Made by a program: the position numbers and the translations under genes
Notes under the pieces: generated by a model
The model's input: only the letters and a program-made list of their open reading frames with translations
Databases searched by the model: none
Told to the model about the DNA's origin: nothing
Shown: positions 25,379 through 34,684 of the stretch, in pieces
Layout: the number at the start of each line of letters is the position of its first letter
How positions within the stretch are numbered: position 1 is the first letter of the stretch
IMG/VR virus record: IMGVR_UViG_3300049174_000096
Coordinates: 1 to 41,950 of that record
Origin: a virus
Taxonomy: Duplodnaviria; Caudoviricetes
Length of the DNA: 41,950 nucleotides
Strand: one strand, 5' to 3'

Positions 25379-25825
25379 TGACTTACTAGACCTGTATAAA
25401 TCTTCTCTGATAGACTTGGAACTCTTAACTGCTGCATAAGCAAAAGACAACAAGGGGCAAGATTATGGATAGGATGATTTTTTGCCATCCGTGCAAAATA
25501 GAAGAAATGATCGATGATTATTATTCTGACGAATGGAAATGTCCTAAATGTAATCAGCCTGAACGCAGCAAGCGAGAAGACTCTGAGAAAGAACACTATG
25601 ATAGGGGTGCATTTGATCTCAATATCATGGTTCCTTAGAGATGCGGTGCTCTGAACATTGTGGAAACACAGTGAGGGATAAGTAGAGAAAGTCCCCGCCA
25701 ATTAATTATGGTTCCATCGTCTAAAGGGGTTGGTTCCCCGTAGTAGGACGTCATGAAACAAGGAAAATGTCAGTGCAAGCCTGACTGGGGTTTGTTGATT
25801 AATTGGTCAAAAAGTAACAGACAAG
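25379..25825 (+). ncRNA. Group I self-splicing intron (447 nt, no homing endonuclease ORF)
   Basis: P1 ACAGGTT/GACCTGT with U-G at 25378; terminal G 25825; P10 TACTA/TGGTA; P3 TCTTCTC/GAGAAGA; P7; P8 CTCTGAG/CTTAGAG; P9 CATTGTG-GAAA-CACAGTG; removal restores the frame. Confidence 0.9.
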
Positions 25826-26258
25826 TGGTACAGGCCCAGTAAGAAGCGCATATTTTATGCTTTCTTCTACTGAGCTACAAACAGACTTTGATGGTCTTGT
25901 TGGCTCTGGATTCCTTAGCCAATGGAACTATCCTACTAACGCAAGCGCTCTTCCTAGCGAATACGGATCTGTGTTCAATACACGTATCCTGACTAGCTCT
26001 GAAGCGCCAGTTGCACGCGGTGCATCTAAAAATGGTAACGATGTTTACTACAATACGGTATTGGGTAAACAGGCGATCACGCATATCAATCAGGATGGTT
26101 ATTCCATGAACCTGATCTATCGCGATCCCTACTATTCTGGAATGCTCGCACAGAACGCTACTCTTGCCGTGAAGTTTGCTCAAGCGCAAGCGATCACGCA
26201 AGACACAGCTATCCGTAACCTTCTCAGCACCAGACTCTCGTCTGTTGCAGGACCATAA
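25826..26258 (+). CDS. Major capsid protein, exon 2 (spliced product 323 aa)
   Basis: Spliced junction reads DRF-GTGPVRSAYF-MLSSTEL...Y......EYGS...R. Confidence 0.85.
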
Positions 26259-26269
26259 GGAGGTAAATT

Positions 26270-27445
26270 ATGGCTGAATATTCAAGAATAGCAAAAGGTC
26301 GTTTCACATCTACTGGTAATGCGCAGGTTGTTAACCTCCCGTTCCAGCCAGATCGCATTGAAATGACAAACTTCACAGCAACCGCGACTCCAGCAAACCA
26401 CGGCATTCCTTTTGCTTGGTGGGATGTATTAATGGGTCAAGGTACAGGGCTTGGATTAGTAAACAATGCTACCCCAGTTCTAACAAGTGGTCAGTTTTTG
26501 ACTAATGGTTTTAGTACGTTTTCAGCAGGATTACTGCTGCAATACGGACCTACATACCAATTTAGTAATTCTGGTAATCCAACATTCTCTATTTCACAAA
26601 GTTCCACAGCACCTCTTGTGACAACTTCTGTTGCTCACGGACTGGCTACTGGAAATGTTGTTATATTTGAGAATCTTTACCAGACAGCTACAACTGGTAT
26701 GGTGCAAATTTGTGGTATTCCTTTCACAGTCACTGTGACCGGCGCTACAACATTTACCATTAACTGGAACACTAACCAATCGACATACGCTGCATTTGAC
26801 AGCTCTACAGCTACGAATAATGCAGGATCTTGGAAACAAGTCCTCTATCCGTACTTGTATGCTCCAGACCAAGCAGTGATTAGTGCTATTAATACAAGCA
26901 CCAATGTCATTACTACAACATCGGCTCACAACTTTGTAGTTGGCCAAGAGGTTGCCTTTAGAATTCCTACAATCTGGGGTTCTACGCAGCTTAATAGCCT
27001 ACCTAACGTTGTGATCCCAGGCTCTCCAGGATACTATTATGTAACTGCGGTGACGCAAAATACATTCACAGTTTCTGGTAACTTGACAGCTGTTACGGCT
27101 TACAACTCCAACTTTAATGGTGGCGCTGTAATCCCGACAGGAGCTTGGACATTCCCACAGGTTGTTCCTGTAGGAGATGTCAACACAGGTGGTGTTCAAT
27201 TTAGTGGTGGCGCTCTGTATCCTTCGCCGTTGGTCTACAATGGCAGCGGAACAGCGCAGGTTTCTACTATTAATGGGCCTGCAATCCAGGGTGCATTCGT
27301 TAATAACACAAGCCAAGGATTCATTATTGGATCTGGTAACATCAAAGTTGGTGCTGCTGGAGCTGATACATCGTCTCACCTTGTCGGTGCTGCTTCGGAT
27401 GTTATCTACTGGGTAGCATACTACTCAGACCTTGCGGTAGTGTAA
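26270..27445 (+). CDS. Virion structural protein (head decoration/spike candidate)
   Basis: AGGAGG RBS directly after the capsid gene; two T...H(G/N)...G..V beta domains. Confidence 0.65.
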   Translation: MAEYSRIAKGRFTSTGNAQVVNLPFQPDRIEMTNFTATATPANHGIPFAWWDVLMGQGTGLGLVNNATPVLTSGQFLTNGFSTFSAGLLLQYGPTYQFSNSGNPTFSISQSSTAPLVTTSVAHGLATGNVVIFENLYQTATTGMVQICGIPFTVTVTGATTFTINWNTNQSTYAAFDSSTATNNAGSWKQVLYPYLYAPDQAVISAINTSTNVITTTSAHNFVVGQEVAFRIPTIWGSTQLNSLPNVVIPGSPGYYYVTAVTQNTFTVSGNLTAVTAYNSNFNGGAVIPTGAWTFPQVVPVGDVNTGGVQFSGGALYPSPLVYNGSGTAQVSTINGPAIQGAFVNNTSQGFIIGSGNIKVGAAGADTSSHLVGAASDVIYWVAYYSDLAVV

Positions 27446-27454
27446 GGATAAATG

Positions 27455-27547
27455 GCGCAGTATTCTAGATGCTACTGCGCAAGTCTAGAGGATTAAAATG
27501 CCCTAGACGCAGGGATGGATGGGAGTCAGTTCCCATCTACTCCCCTG
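27455..27547 (+). other. Three consecutive hairpins (terminator/processing element or sRNA)
   Basis: GCGCAGTA/TACTGCGC; TCTAG(A)GG/CCCTAGA; CAGGG..GATGGGA/TCCCATC..CCCTG. Confidence 0.5.
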
Positions 27548-27586
27548 TATTGTATAAGGGGCTAACCCATTATATAAGGGGTCCAC

Positions 27587-27778
27587 ATGGAATCATATGA
27601 AATGAAAGATCTTGTAAAAATCTTTACTGATCATGCCCAGAAATCTCAAGAATCAGAAATATTTAAAAATACCGATTTTAATCTTCCAAAAGCTCTCATG
27701 ACTATCTGTCAAGAGATAGCAGACCTAAGATATGAATTAAATTCCTTATCAGATCAATATTATGGGTATTATCCATAA
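27587..27778 (+). CDS. Small hypothetical protein
   Basis: AAGGGG upstream; stop overlaps the next start. Confidence 0.65.
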   Translation: MESYEMKDLVKIFTDHAQKSQESEIFKNTDFNLPKALMTICQEIADLRYELNSLSDQYYGYYP

Positions 27779-28212
27779 TGGCATACAACCCCCCTCTCAT
27801 GTTCGGTCCTATAGCTCCAGAAAGCAATCCTCCCATCAATCCGCAATACTTCCAGCCTCGCGAATATAACATTGCTTCGATTACTAATGGAAATACCACT
27901 TTAGTACAAACCACTGTTGCTCACGATTACGTAATAGGCCAATTAGTCCGCCTCCTCATATCTCAGCTGTTCGGTGCCCGTCAGTTTAACGAGCAAACAG
28001 CCTACGTAATAAATATTCCTAGTTCTACAGAAATTACTTTAGCCCTAGATTCGTCCTCCTTTGATCTATTTATAGCCAACCCAAGCCTAGATACCACCCA
28101 GCCTCAAGTCGTTGCTGTAGGCGATGCAAACACGGGTGCCATCAATTCTCAAGGAAGATTTGTAAATGGGACCTTTATTCCTGGGTCTTTCATCAATATC
28201 TCTCCTCAATAG
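27778..28212 (+). CDS. Virion structural protein (related to domains of 26270-27445)
   Basis: T.VAHDYVIGQLVRL.I...FG..Q.N...Y; PQVVAVGD.NTG; I.G.F.N shared with the upstream gene. Confidence 0.65.
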   Translation: MAYNPPLMFGPIAPESNPPINPQYFQPREYNIASITNGNTTLVQTTVAHDYVIGQLVRLLISQLFGARQFNEQTAYVINIPSSTEITLALDSSSFDLFIANPSLDTTQPQVVAVGDANTGAINSQGRFVNGTFIPGSFINISPQ

Positions 28213-28270
28213 CGCCAATAAAATATTTAGTGATATGTATTGGGTTATCTAAATAACCTTTTACGGTGTC

Positions 28271-28855
28271 ATGGAAACAAAAAAGCCTCAAGTAAACAGC
28301 GCTTCTCAGAAAGAATTAGACAGAGTTGAAAAACAATTCGACGCATTCCAAGAAGAAGTTAAGTCTTTAACACTTGATCGACTGAATGCAGCTCCTGCCG
28401 AAGAAAAAGAGCAGCAAACTAAGCTATCTCAAAAGGAAATCGCGGCCTCAAAAGACATCTATTTGAAGCCAAAGAGAACATATCCTTCCAAAGAGAAATT
28501 TAACGAAGCATTCAGGGCCGATTACGACTTCGCCAAGGAATATGTTTGCTTTATCGCTGAAAACCATGAACTCATAGGTGAAAGCATCAATATGTGGACA
28601 AAGCGATTCCCTGGAGTTCCTGCTGAAGAATGGGAAGTACCTGTTAATAAACCTGTATGGGGACCGCGTTATCTTGCAGAACAGATCAAAGGATGCTCTT
28701 ACCACAGGCTCAGCATGCAAGAAGGAAAAATCACGGGTGCTGACGGTATGGGTTCCTATTACGGAAATATGGTAGCCGATTCAACGATCCAGCGTCTAAA
28801 TGCAATTCCAGCTTCACAGAGAAAATCTATATTTATGGGAGCTAGCGGATTCTAA
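28271..28855 (+). CDS. Hypothetical protein (head-tail region)
   Basis: 194-aa ORF in the structural operon. Confidence 0.75.
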   Translation: METKKPQVNSASQKELDRVEKQFDAFQEEVKSLTLDRLNAAPAEEKEQQTKLSQKEIAASKDIYLKPKRTYPSKEKFNEAFRADYDFAKEYVCFIAENHELIGESINMWTKRFPGVPAEEWEVPVNKPVWGPRYLAEQIKGCSYHRLSMQEGKITGADGMGSYYGNMVADSTIQRLNAIPASQRKSIFMGASGF

Positions 28856-29040
28856 TGGTTGAAAAAAAGAAATGGATTCAAGGCGCTATAAAACATCCTG
28901 GTGCTCTTCACAAATCTCTTCACGTAAAGGAAGGGGAAAAGATTCCTGAATCGAAGCTTAAGAAAGCCGAGCATTCAAAGAACCCCACTACCAGAAAAAG
29001 GGCTGCTTTAGCCGAAACTTTAAAGAAGATGCATAAATGA
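28855..29040 (+). CDS. Small basic phage protein
   Basis: KKWIQGAIKHPGALH..L.V..GEKIP..KL.KA.......KRA.LA.TL pattern recurrent in phages. Confidence 0.75.
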   Translation: MVEKKKWIQGAIKHPGALHKSLHVKEGEKIPESKLKKAEHSKNPTTRKRAALAETLKKMHK

Positions 29041-29285
29041 GAGAAAGGGTCGAGGACTTAGGACGAATTGCTGTCATGATCGAACATGTCTTAGACCTCG
29101 ATGTTTTTTGCCTATATAGCGGGCGCAATAAAGACTTCTACGACTACTTCTTGTCTCTGACCGACGAAGATCGAAGGTTTGAGCTTCTTGATGGCTTAAT
29201 AAGGGGTTTGAGCGCGGTACGCGAAAGTTTGAGCGAAATCAGCGCTATTGCTGAAGGAATGGACAGATTAAATGAACTTTCTTAG
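29037..29285 (+). CDS. Hypothetical protein
   Basis: ATGA overlap with the previous gene. Confidence 0.6.
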   Translation: MRERVEDLGRIAVMIEHVLDLDVFCLYSGRNKDFYDYFLSLTDEDRRFELLDGLIRGLSAVRESLSEISAIAEGMDRLNELS

Positions 29286-30429
29286 TGATGTCATAACGTA
29301 CGTTCGGCGTATCATAAAGAGCCCTTCTAATGCTCAGATTACTGACGCTCTGATTATCGATTATATCAATCGATTTTGGATCATGGACGTGGATGCACGC
29401 CTACAGCTTTTCGACCTAAAGACAAAATATCAGTTCCAGACTATCCCAGGAATTGACTCATATAACATGCCTCTATATGATTTCCAAACGGAACCTGGCC
29501 CCCAGTCCATAGGGCTCTATCCCGTATACCAGGGGTTCTCCAACCCGTGCTCTGTGAATGGCTTCCAGGTTCCCTTTTATACGAATCGCCAGTCTTTTTT
29601 CAATGGGTATGAGAACATTTTACAGTCTCTACCTCAAGCGGCCACTGGCAATGGCACAGCTGGCCCCTACCAAATTCAACTCCCCTTCTTCCCGGCGATT
29701 CCTGGGCACATCGACATGTCGGGTATCGTCCAGTACGGGGCAAATACAGATCCAATCTATACGGACACTTTCAAGACCAATATCCCGACCACTTCTGTAT
29801 ACCCATGTGTGTACATCACAGCGACGGATGTCAACGGCAAGAATGTTATCGTTTCGGATAGCGGACAATTCTTAGATACAACGGGCGATGGGGATTTATA
29901 CGGGTTACTAATGCAGCCTGGGAATGCTCCTTTTGGGAACCAAGCTTTAGCCGGTGGCTACGACATTTCTACTAATACAGTAAACTACAACACTGGCGTT
30001 CTGAATGTCACTTTTCCGACAGTAATTCCTGCTGGCAATCCAATTCAAGTTCAGTGCTACTTTTACGAACAGGGAATACCCCGAGGAATTCTTTTTCAAA
30101 ATAACATTATAAAATTAAGGCCTCCTCCAAATATTCCTTATTTGGTCGAAATGGAAGCATACTTGACCCCATCTGCTTTCTTGAGCACCGAGGCTGCGGT
30201 TCCTTTTGCTTACATGGCTGAGTACATAGCGAGGGGAGCTGCGCGCAAAATTCTTTCAGATACGGGCGATACAGAGCAATTCATGTTCTACGAACCCATG
30301 TTTAGGGAGCAAGAGCAGCTTGTTTGGAAGCGCAGCCAGCGTCAATTCACGGCAAATAGAACTGATACCATCTTTAGCACGTCTTGGGGTCAAGGCATTG
30401 CGAACAATACTGGAGGAACCTCTCTATGA
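29272..30429 (+). CDS. Putative head-tail adaptor / tail tubular protein A with inserted domain
   Basis: Helical N-terminus (I..VRR.......DYIN), I.LRP.P...Y..E and ..IA.GAA..I C-terminal helices; position before the nozzle gene. Confidence 0.55.
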   Translation: MNFLSDVITYVRRIIKSPSNAQITDALIIDYINRFWIMDVDARLQLFDLKTKYQFQTIPGIDSYNMPLYDFQTEPGPQSIGLYPVYQGFSNPCSVNGFQVPFYTNRQSFFNGYENILQSLPQAATGNGTAGPYQIQLPFFPAIPGHIDMSGIVQYGANTDPIYTDTFKTNIPTTSVYPCVYITATDVNGKNVIVSDSGQFLDTTGDGDLYGLLMQPGNAPFGNQALAGGYDISTNTVNYNTGVLNVTFPTVIPAGNPIQVQCYFYEQGIPRGILFQNNIIKLRPPPNIPYLVEMEAYLTPSAFLSTEAAVPFAYMAEYIARGAARKILSDTGDTEQFMFYEPMFREQEQLVWKRSQRQFTANRTDTIFSTSWGQGIANNTGGTSL

Positions 30430-31025
30430 CAATTTCTTACACTTTAGGTATCCCAGCTGCTAACAATAACCCTTCGACAGACCAGCCTAATATGCAGGTC
30501 AACAATGATAACATTGCTCAATTAATCGGGATTGACCACTGCAACTTCAATGCCTCTCCTCCTGAGTTAAGCGGAGCACATTTACATGTCACTTTCCCCG
30601 CATCTCAATCCGATCCTTCGCTTACTCAAACCGAAACACAGATTTACCCTAAGGTTTTTGGAAGCGGTACTCAATTACTAGAAACATATACCGCAGCTCG
30701 AATGTCTAATTCGACTCAAATAAATGGTTACCTTCCATTTGTAAAATGCATGTTTCAATTTACTGGGGTTGTCGGTCCTTATCCCGCTGTAATCTCTCAG
30801 CCGGCTAACACTCTCTCTGTGAATGTGGCATCCATTATTCAAAATTCTTCCACTCAAGTAACTGTTACTTTTGCAACACCTCTTCCCTATACAACTTATT
30901 ACTTGTTTCCTAGCATTGAAACGACCTCTGGCCTTTTAAGCTCTGTCATTACTAAAAACACCACCTCGGTTGTATTCAGCGGATTTCTAATAGGGACAAG
31001 AACATTCTCGTTCATGGTGATCTAG
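30426..31025 (+). CDS. Tail-associated structural protein (start MTISY)
   Basis: ATGA overlap; IP....PS..QP.M..N N-terminus. Confidence 0.55.
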   Translation: MTISYTLGIPAANNNPSTDQPNMQVNNDNIAQLIGIDHCNFNASPPELSGAHLHVTFPASQSDPSLTQTETQIYPKVFGSGTQLLETYTAARMSNSTQINGYLPFVKCMFQFTGVVGPYPAVISQPANTLSVNVASIIQNSSTQVTVTFATPLPYTTYYLFPSIETTSGLLSSVITKNTTSVVFSGFLIGTRTFSFMVI

Positions 31026-33839
31026 ATGGGTCAAAAAATACTCGTCGGTAATCCGGTTACTAAAGGCTTTGTCAACAATACAACGGCATTCGGTGTAGAC
31101 AATGACGCATTCCCTGTTTTAGTAAACGCGTATCAATGGCGAGGAAGGGTCAAAAGAAAGCGCGGCACTTCTTTACTAAATCGATTAAAACGCTATTTCA
31201 ATTCTACTAATACGTCTTATTTCCCAGCTCCTGGTACCACTGCTGTCAGCGCCGGTGGTGCTGTAAATCTGTTAACTGGATTTAGTCTCCAAGCCAATGG
31301 AAACATTGTGCCAGGAACTAATCCTAACTTCGTAACGATTACGGACACCACTAGCGGGCAAATCTACACTGATCCTGCTAACGATGGTACCCTTTCCGGA
31401 AGCCTAGGAGGAAGCGGTACGATTAATTATGCGACAGGGGCTGTAGTCATTTTACCATCGGCATCTCATTCTGTGACAGCTGTTTTTAATTATTATCCAG
31501 ACCTCCCTGTAATGGGCCTTGAAGATCTTCAGATAGACACTAGCGATTTCCCTGGAACATTAGGTTTTGACACTGTATATTCGTATAATATTCTACAAAC
31601 ATCCCCATATAATATTTACAGTGTCAGCTTTTACAAAAACCCTGTTGCAACGACCCCCTATAACTATGACGGCTACGTGCGCAAAACTAACACGACGCCT
31701 ACCTCGTGGAATGGTCAAGATTACCAACAATTCTGGACTGTCAACTATGAGGGGGCTCTTTGGGCGACCAATGGGATCACAGTTCCTTTCACAAAAACAA
31801 ACATTGGGATGCAATATAAGCCGATAACGGCTATTACAATAGATGCTGCTGGGCCCCCTAATGCTTTAGCTACCTTAACTATAGTCGCTCATGGATTGGT
31901 AAAAGGAGATTTTGTTTTCATAAATGAGGTAGGGGGAATACCAGGAATCAATTTTCAAACTGGATACGTTGTTAGCAACGACCCTCAGGCTGCCAATACA
32001 GTACAAGTAGAGTTTCCTTATGCTACCTTAACGGGAGCATATTCGGGGGGAGGAATTGCTCAGTATTTGACAAACAGATCTGATGTGACCAAGGATTGCT
32101 TGAGATGGTATGACGGTGACCCTACTGACGGAAATCCAACGTCTCCTACATTGAATGGAAGTGGGGGATGGGTCAACTTCGCGCCTCCTTTAATATCAAA
32201 TGTAGCAAACAACTTTATAATTGATGATCTTCCGATTGCTCAATATTATTTAGTGGGCGCTAGAATGATAGTTCCTTTTAAAGATAGGCTATTGTTCTTT
32301 GGACCCGTTATTCAAACTTCGACTCCTAATTCTCAAGTATATTTGCAAGATAGTGTCATTTATAGCCAAAATGGCAACCCTTATTATACTGCCTCGTTTA
32401 CCGGGTCTGCTTCATCATCGGCAACAACTTTTAATCCTATCCTGACACCCGTAAATCAAACCGCAAGTCCCAATGCCTATTTCGAAGACCTGACGGGCTT
32501 TGGTGGCTACATCACAGAAGGCTCTCAACAGCCGATTACGACAGTCTCAAATAACGAAGACGTGCTTATGGTCGGATTTAGCGGCAAAGAGACGCGATTC
32601 GTTTATACCGGCAATGACATTGTTCCGTTTAACTTCTTCACCGTGAACTCTGAGTATGGATCTAACAGTACATTTTCTTCTATCAATCTAGACAGAGGCG
32701 CTTTAAAAGTGGGAGATAGAGGCGTAATCATTAGCAGTCAGGTGGCCTCTCAAAGAATTGACTTAGCGATCCCAGATCAAGTTTTCCAGTTCAATTTAAA
32801 AAATAATGGGACTGAGAGAGTAACTGCGCAAAGGGACTTTATAAGCGAATGGGTTTATTTTACTTACTGCGTTAATAGAAGACAAAGTATTGAATGGAAA
32901 TTCCCAAGTCAGACCCTACAATACAACTATAGAGATGATTCATGGGGTGTCTTTAATGAGTGTTATACAACTTATGGCCAATTTAGAAAGGTAACTGGAG
33001 AAACTTGGTCCACAATTGGGAATACATATCCGACATGGTCTGAATGGCGTGATTCATGGAATTCAGGGTCATCTACACTTTTGCAACCTGAGGTGATAGG
33101 GGGAAACCAGCAGGGGTTTGTAATATTTAGAGCAGACGGAACAGGGGAAGCCAACTCTCTTTACATTCAAAATATTTCTGCAAGCACTGTAACCTCGCCA
33201 GATCACTGCTTGAACAACGGGGACTATGTAGTCATCAGTGGATGCCTTGGCACCGTAGGATCGCAAGTAAACGGCAAAATTTTCAGTGTGGCCAATGCCA
33301 CGCAAAATACCTTCACTTTGAATCCCACAATAGTCGGTGGAACTTATTTGGGTGGTGGTTTGATCAAAAGGATGTATATCCCTTTCATTCAGACAAAACA
33401 GTTTCCTGTAGCTTGGGACATGGGACGCAAGACTAGACTAGGTCCTCAACAATATCTTCTATCGCCTACGGACAATGGTCAGGTTGAGCTTCAAATATAT
33501 TTAAGCCAGAATGCTGCATCGCCTTACAATTTTGGGCCCGTAACTCCTGCTAATAATTCTCAGAATAACACTTTGGTTTATAGCGACATTCTCTACACGT
33601 GTCCTGAAAGCACTAACTTGGGCCTTACTCCAGCTAACGTCAACCTGCAAATGCCCACTGCATCTCAGCAGGCGCAAATCTGGCATCGCATGAATACTTC
33701 TTTGATTGGTGATACGGTTCAGCTTGCAATAACCATGTCAGATGCTCAAATGAGAGATCCTGATTTTAACAACCAATTTGAGGAAATAGAACTCCATGCT
33801 TTTGTTTTAGATGTATCTCCTTCATCAATGCTGGCATAA
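31026..33839 (+). CDS. Putative tail nozzle / tubular protein B (P22 gp10/T7 gp12-like)
   Basis: 937 aa, beta-rich; N....RG.VKRKRG N-terminus; FKDRLLFF; precedes the ejection-like genes. Confidence 0.6.
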   Translation: MGQKILVGNPVTKGFVNNTTAFGVDNDAFPVLVNAYQWRGRVKRKRGTSLLNRLKRYFNSTNTSYFPAPGTTAVSAGGAVNLLTGFSLQANGNIVPGTNPNFVTITDTTSGQIYTDPANDGTLSGSLGGSGTINYATGAVVILPSASHSVTAVFNYYPDLPVMGLEDLQIDTSDFPGTLGFDTVYSYNILQTSPYNIYSVSFYKNPVATTPYNYDGYVRKTNTTPTSWNGQDYQQFWTVNYEGALWATNGITVPFTKTNIGMQYKPITAITIDAAGPPNALATLTIVAHGLVKGDFVFINEVGGIPGINFQTGYVVSNDPQAANTVQVEFPYATLTGAYSGGGIAQYLTNRSDVTKDCLRWYDGDPTDGNPTSPTLNGSGGWVNFAPPLISNVANNFIIDDLPIAQYYLVGARMIVPFKDRLLFFGPVIQTSTPNSQVYLQDSVIYSQNGNPYYTASFTGSASSSATTFNPILTPVNQTASPNAYFEDLTGFGGYITEGSQQPITTVSNNEDVLMVGFSGKETRFVYTGNDIVPFNFFTVNSEYGSNSTFSSINLDRGALKVGDRGVIISSQVASQRIDLAIPDQVFQFNLKNNGTERVTAQRDFISEWVYFTYCVNRRQSIEWKFPSQTLQYNYRDDSWGVFNECYTTYGQFRKVTGETWSTIGNTYPTWSEWRDSWNSGSSTLLQPEVIGGNQQGFVIFRADGTGEANSLYIQNISASTVTSPDHCLNNGDYVVISGCLGTVGSQVNGKIFSVANATQNTFTLNPTIVGGTYLGGGLIKRMYIPFIQTKQFPVAWDMGRKTRLGPQQYLLSPTDNGQVELQIYLSQNAASPYNFGPVTPANNSQNNTLVYSDILYTCPESTNLGLTPANVNLQMPTASQQAQIWHRMNTSLIGDTVQLAITMSDAQMRDPDFNNQFEEIELHAFVLDVSPSSMLA

Positions 33840-33841
33840 AC

Positions 33842-33985
33842 ATGAAACAAGTTTCTAAAAAAGATCATTTTAAAAAGAAACCTAACAGAAGAGAAGAGGG
33901 TCATTGGGAAGGGAAATATTGGTGCGATTGCAGAACTCGAGGCTATAGAACGTGGCTAGGCATTAAACGCTATGGGTTTGAATGA
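33842..33985 (+). CDS. 47-aa basic hypothetical protein (not in ORF track)
   Basis: Fills the gap between genes; ATGA overlap with the next gene. Confidence 0.45.
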   Translation: MKQVSKKDHFKKKPNRREEGHWEGKYWCDCRTRGYRTWLGIKRYGFE

Positions 33986-34449
33986 GCAGTAATGTCTCTA
34001 ATCAGGTTCCCTTTCTTCGAACTACCAGGACTTTTCCTGAAGAAGCTCAGCCTTTAAGCGTCGAATTAACGCGTAGCTACCTGGATATCGCAGAAAAGGT
34101 TAACGATCGAACCATTGGCATCTTCCCGTCTACAAAACCAGCCGTTACCGGAGAGTCTTGGTTTCTAAATACTGGCAGGAAACAACAGAGCCTTCGCCAA
34201 ATCTATCCCATAACTAGCGCAACCTCTTTCAACCATGGAATCAATTTCCAAAACGTCGAGCGCTTTACTGTAATCCGAGGCGTTGGATTCGATGGCACCA
34301 ACTATTACCCTATTCCCTATGTCTCTCCCACAGCTGCCGAAAACATGGGAATCTACGTCTCACCTACCCAAGTCGTTTTTAACGCTGGTGGCAGCGCTCC
34401 GGCACTGACAAAGGGAACTATTATTTTGGAATGGCTAAGTCAGGCTTAA
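33982..34449 (+). CDS. Tail-associated structural protein
   Basis: 155 aa; Y.DIA..VN.R..G; structural operon position. Confidence 0.55.
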   Translation: MSSNVSNQVPFLRTTRTFPEEAQPLSVELTRSYLDIAEKVNDRTIGIFPSTKPAVTGESWFLNTGRKQQSLRQIYPITSATSFNHGINFQNVERFTVIRGVGFDGTNYYPIPYVSPTAAENMGIYVSPTQVVFNAGGSAPALTKGTIILEWLSQA

Positions 34450-34579
34450 CGGCCATGGCTTCGCTCTTACATTCTGTCATAAGATCATCTAAAAATTTAA
34501 GCGCCTTCTCATCCAACATGTTTTTAAAGGTATTTTCAAGCTTGACGTGTGTGGTTTTTCTAGTAGTTTCGATAGTCAT
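34421..34579 (-). CDS. 52-aa hypothetical protein (not in ORF track)
   Basis: GGAG RBS; MTIETTRKTTHVKLENTFK... Confidence 0.45.
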   Translation of the reverse strand: MTIETTRKTTHVKLENTFKNMLDEKALKFLDDLMTECKSEAMAVKPDLAIPK

Positions 34580-34684
34580 GAAAATTCTCCGTTACGTAGG
34601 GCGTACCATACAAAATTAATTTGATTGGGTCAATTGGTATAAATTTGTTTAAAGTGATACTTTTAAGGAAAATATAGGTTCTCT

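Noticed and set aside
25348-25701. 117-aa minus-strand ORF as an intron-encoded endonuclease
   Set aside because: Antisense to the intron core, with no HNH, GIY-YIG or LAGLIDADG motif
25379-25856. Capsid split as a frameshift or pseudogene
   Set aside because: Group I pairings and exact U/G splice boundaries explain the gap
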